In this document: positions 61,481-64,000 of the stretch, piece by piece
How positions within the stretch are numbered: the first letter of the stretch is position 1
How the letters are laid out: each line of letters opens with the position of its first letter
From: an uncultured delta proteobacterium
GTDB lineage: Bacteria; Myxococcota_A; UBA9160; UBA4427
Direction of reading: 5' to 3'
DNA length: 64,000 bases
Assembly (NCBI GenBank): GCA_963822965.1
Contig: CAWGJT010000010.1
Location: 928,001 to 992,000 of the forward strand
Made by a program: the position numbers and the translations under genes
The notes under the pieces: generated by a model
Database searches by the model: none
What the model saw: only the letters and a program-made list of their open reading frames with translations
Told to the model about the DNA's origin: nothing

Positions 61481-62710
61481 ATGCGTCGTCGTCTCGTTGC
61501 CCCTGCCCGCGCGCGCCCTGCCTCTCTTATCGGGCTCGCGGCGCGTTCAGGGCTCGTGGCGCTGCCCGGACTCGCGGTGCTGCTGGCGGCCGGAGGGCTC
61601 CTCGCCCTGCCCCGCCCCGCCGTTGCCGACGCCTGCGCGTCGGTCTGCGACGATCCACAGCAGGTGGCGGCGTGTCGCGACGAGCGGCCCGTGTGGGGCT
61701 TCCGCGAGCCGGGCGGCGTCTGCCGCGGCGGCAGCTTCGGCTATCTCGAGTCCCGCGACAGCGCCGACGCCGAGCGCCTTCGGCTCGCGCGCGAGTACAA
61801 GCGGCGGTGCGACGCGAGCGGTGACTGCGAGCGCTTCGAAGCGCTCGATCAGGCCGAGGTCGTCTGCCTGGCCTGCGCGCCCGCGCCGGGACCGGCTCCG
61901 GTCTCTGCGTCCGGCCCGCACGAGCGCTCGGCGTCCGGGTCCGGCGGCGCCCCGGGAAGACCACCGCCCTGCGAAGAGGACGAGTGGCTGCAGGTGGCGA
62001 CGCCGACCACCCCCGCCCGCTGCTTCGTGGAGTTCGTCGGACTGCCGCCCCGGATCGCGCTGCAGGGTCGTTGCGTCCAGGGCGACTGCCGATCGGGCCT
62101 GGGCACCCTCCGCTGGCCCACGGGCGAGAGCTACGTAGGCAGCTTCCGCGACGGCAAGCGCAACGGACAGGGGACCTTCAGCTGGCCCGACGGGCGCCGC
62201 TACGTGGGCGAGTGGCGCGACGGGCAGCCCGGCGGTCTCGGCACGCGCATCTTCGCCAACGGCCGCTACAAGGCGGGCTACTTCGATCGGGGGCGCTACC
62301 TCGGCGCCGATGTCGACCAGGTGAAGGCGAGCCTCGCGCACGAGACCCCTCGGCCCGCTCCCGCACCCACCCCCGAGAACGCCCGGAGCTGCGAGGAGGT
62401 CTGCACCGAGGATGCCGAGCTCCGGCTCGGGCGAATCAACGACGAGTACGAGTGCTGCTTCGCCCGCCATGCCTTCTGCACCCAGAAGGTGGATATCGCC
62501 CTGGACGCGTGCTCCGATCGCGGCTGTGCCGAGGCCGTCCGGCAGCAACGAGAGGACTGCAACCTCCGCTATGCGTGCGATGCGGTGCAGACGGAGAAGC
62601 TCGCGCGCTTCCGGCGGGGCGAAGCCGCTTGCATCGAGGGCTGCTCGTCCCAGGAGCTCGACGGGCAGGGCTTGCGCATCTCGGAGCGCGGCACGCTCTA
62701 CGACGAGTAG
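61481..62710 (+). CDS. Secreted Cys-rich MORN-repeat protein
   Basis: Signal peptide; YVGSFRDGKRNGQG and YVGEWRDGQPGGLG repeats flanked by Cys-rich regions. Confidence 0.8.
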   Translation: MRRRLVAPARARPASLIGLAARSGLVALPGLAVLLAAGGLLALPRPAVADACASVCDDPQQVAACRDERPVWGFREPGGVCRGGSFGYLESRDSADAERLRLAREYKRRCDASGDCERFEALDQAEVVCLACAPAPGPAPVSASGPHERSASGSGGAPGRPPPCEEDEWLQVATPTTPARCFVEFVGLPPRIALQGRCVQGDCRSGLGTLRWPTGESYVGSFRDGKRNGQGTFSWPDGRRYVGEWRDGQPGGLGTRIFANGRYKAGYFDRGRYLGADVDQVKASLAHETPRPAPAPTPENARSCEEVCTEDAELRLGRINDEYECCFARHAFCTQKVDIALDACSDRGCAEAVRQQREDCNLRYACDAVQTEKLARFRRGEAACIEGCSSQELDGQGLRISERGTLYDE

Positions 62711-62782
62711 CTGCCGAAGAGCCGGGATGGCTCGGCGTGCGCTGTCCGAATCCCGGGGGTTCGTCTGCCGGAGGGGAGTCGT

Positions 62783-63040
62783 TCAGCGGGGCGGCTCGCG
62801 CAGCCGGTCCAGGAGTCGCTCGAGGCCGTTCGCCTTCACCTCGTAGAGCAACGCCAACAGCTCTCCCAGACGTCCACGCGGAAATCCCTGCGCGCGGAAC
62901 CACACCACGTACGGCTCGGGGAGATCCAGGAGCACGCGACCGCGGTAGCGGCCGAAGGGCATCCGCGTGCGAGCGAGCTCGACCAGCAGCGCGGCATCCG
63001 GCTCGTCGCTCCCCTTCGGCTCCCCTTCCCTGCGCGCCAT
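62783..63040 (-). CDS. DUF3820 family protein
   Basis: MPFGRYRGR.LLDLPEPY..WF...GFP.G.LG...YEVK.NGLE. Confidence 0.85.
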   Translation of the reverse strand: MARREGEPKGSDEPDAALLVELARTRMPFGRYRGRVLLDLPEPYVVWFRAQGFPRGRLGELLALLYEVKANGLERLLDRLREPPR

Positions 63041-63078
63041 CGCGCGGCAGGGTAGCCCGACCGCCACCGGCGCCAGGC

Positions 63079-64000
63079 TCAGGGCTGCCGGCGATAGACG
63101 AACCACTGGAAGCCGTCCCCGGGTCCGTGCTCGAACGTCACGACGCGCTGGTAGTGCAGCCCGGGGACCGGCATGAACACGGGGTCGGGATCGTGCCCGG
63201 CCTTCCAGTCGTGTCGCAGGTACCACTCCGGCCCCTCCGGAGGCCATTGGTCCCGTGTCAGGTAGACGACCGGCCGTCCCGAGGCGATTCCCGGCGCGTA
63301 GAAGCCGAGCAGCAGGCGATTGCGGAAGTCGTGATCGCCGCCCACCCGGATCACGGGACCCGTGGTCTGCTGGTCCATGTAGGCCAGGGTACGGGCGTAG
63401 TCGTCGCGCCCCTCCGCCAGCACCCGTGCGGTGAGCCCGGTGTTCGCCGCGACGAACCCCGCCAGCACGAGGGTGGCTGCGAGCCGCCCCGCGCGCCCCT
63501 GGCGCCACGCGTCCCCCAGCCCGATCGCCACCAGCAGGTAGAACCACGGGAACGCGACGAGCAGGTAGCGGGCGTAGAGCAGCTCGGGATCGGCGAACAG
63601 GATGATCGCGGCCGGTGCCACCCCGATCGTCACGCCCAGCAGGACGATGCGCCGGTCTCCCGTTCGCACCAGCACGCGGCCGGCCTGGAAGGCCAGCACG
63701 CCGGCGATGCCCGTCGCGACCCAGGTGAGGGGCCCGCGCCGAGGAAGCGCCATGGTCTGGGCGATGGCCTGTCGGACCACCGTGAAGCGGTCGTAGCGGG
63801 GCCCGCCTCCCACCTGGAGGTCGGCGTAGAAGAGCGCGTAGGCGAGGCCGGTCAGCAGCAGCGGGACGCCGTGTGCCCGCGCTACGCGACGGAGATCGTG
63901 GCCCCTCGATCCCCCGCCGAGGACGAGCGCCAGGCGCCAGGCCAGGACGCCCGCGAGCCCGTACGCGAACGTGGGATGGAAGAGCAGACCCACGGCGGCC
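63079..64000 (-). CDS. Multi-TM protein, probable GT-C/ArnT-type glycosyltransferase (5' partial)
   Basis: Several TM segments, H-x-TF and YARYLL motifs, periplasmic C-terminus. Confidence 0.55.
   Translation of the reverse strand, partial: AAVGLLFHPTFAYGLAGVLAWRLALVLGGGSRGHDLRRVARAHGVPLLLTGLAYALFYADLQVGGGPRYDRFTVVRQAIAQTMALPRRGPLTWVATGIAGVLAFQAGRVLVRTGDRRIVLLGVTIGVAPAAIILFADPELLYARYLLVAFPWFYLLVAIGLGDAWRQGRAGRLAATLVLAGFVAANTGLTARVLAEGRDDYARTLAYMDQQTTGPVIRVGGDHDFRNRLLLGFYAPGIASGRPVVYLTRDQWPPEGPEWYLRHDWKAGHDPDPVFMPVPGLHYQRVVTFEHGPGDGFQWFVYRRQP

Overview
GC-rich bacterial window, probably from a Myxococcota/Deltaproteobacteria-like organism (inferred from gene content and the dif sequence). (1) 1-19.8 kb is an accessory catabolic region ending beside an initiator tRNA-Met gene. 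It holds a tightly coupled operon of five amidohydrolases (plus a truncated sixth), an F420-type LLM, TauD, cupins and a PaaK-like ligase. It also hides two selenoprotein genes the ORF track splits at in-frame TGA codons: a UGSC-motif protein (2198-2719) and a GrdB/PrdB-like protein with an atypical U-P-L-D-H motif (12350-13138, minus). Each TGA is followed by a perfect 8-bp hairpin at SECIS distance. Two degenerate tRNA-Arg 3' fragments form a direct repeat around a 7.5-kb block, and three truncated genes plus a probable IS3 end mark rearrangement. (2) 20-44 kb is core genome (ROK kinase, MCP, tgt, queA, lytic transglycosylase, der, miaA, mutL), with many frameshifts that look like sequencing indels. 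It contains a 28-bp XerCD dif site (35624-35651). An orphan IS1202-like end lies exactly 5 bp from the XerC arm, and KOPS-like motifs appear to flip polarity across the site. (3) 44-64 kb is a PEP-CTERM/exopolysaccharide and surface-glycan region (Wza, priming transferase, ExeA-type ATPase, BY-kinase, Wzz, carbamoyltransferase-SxtJ-DUF5989, manA, UXS). All calls come from reading the sequence by eye; no searches were run.
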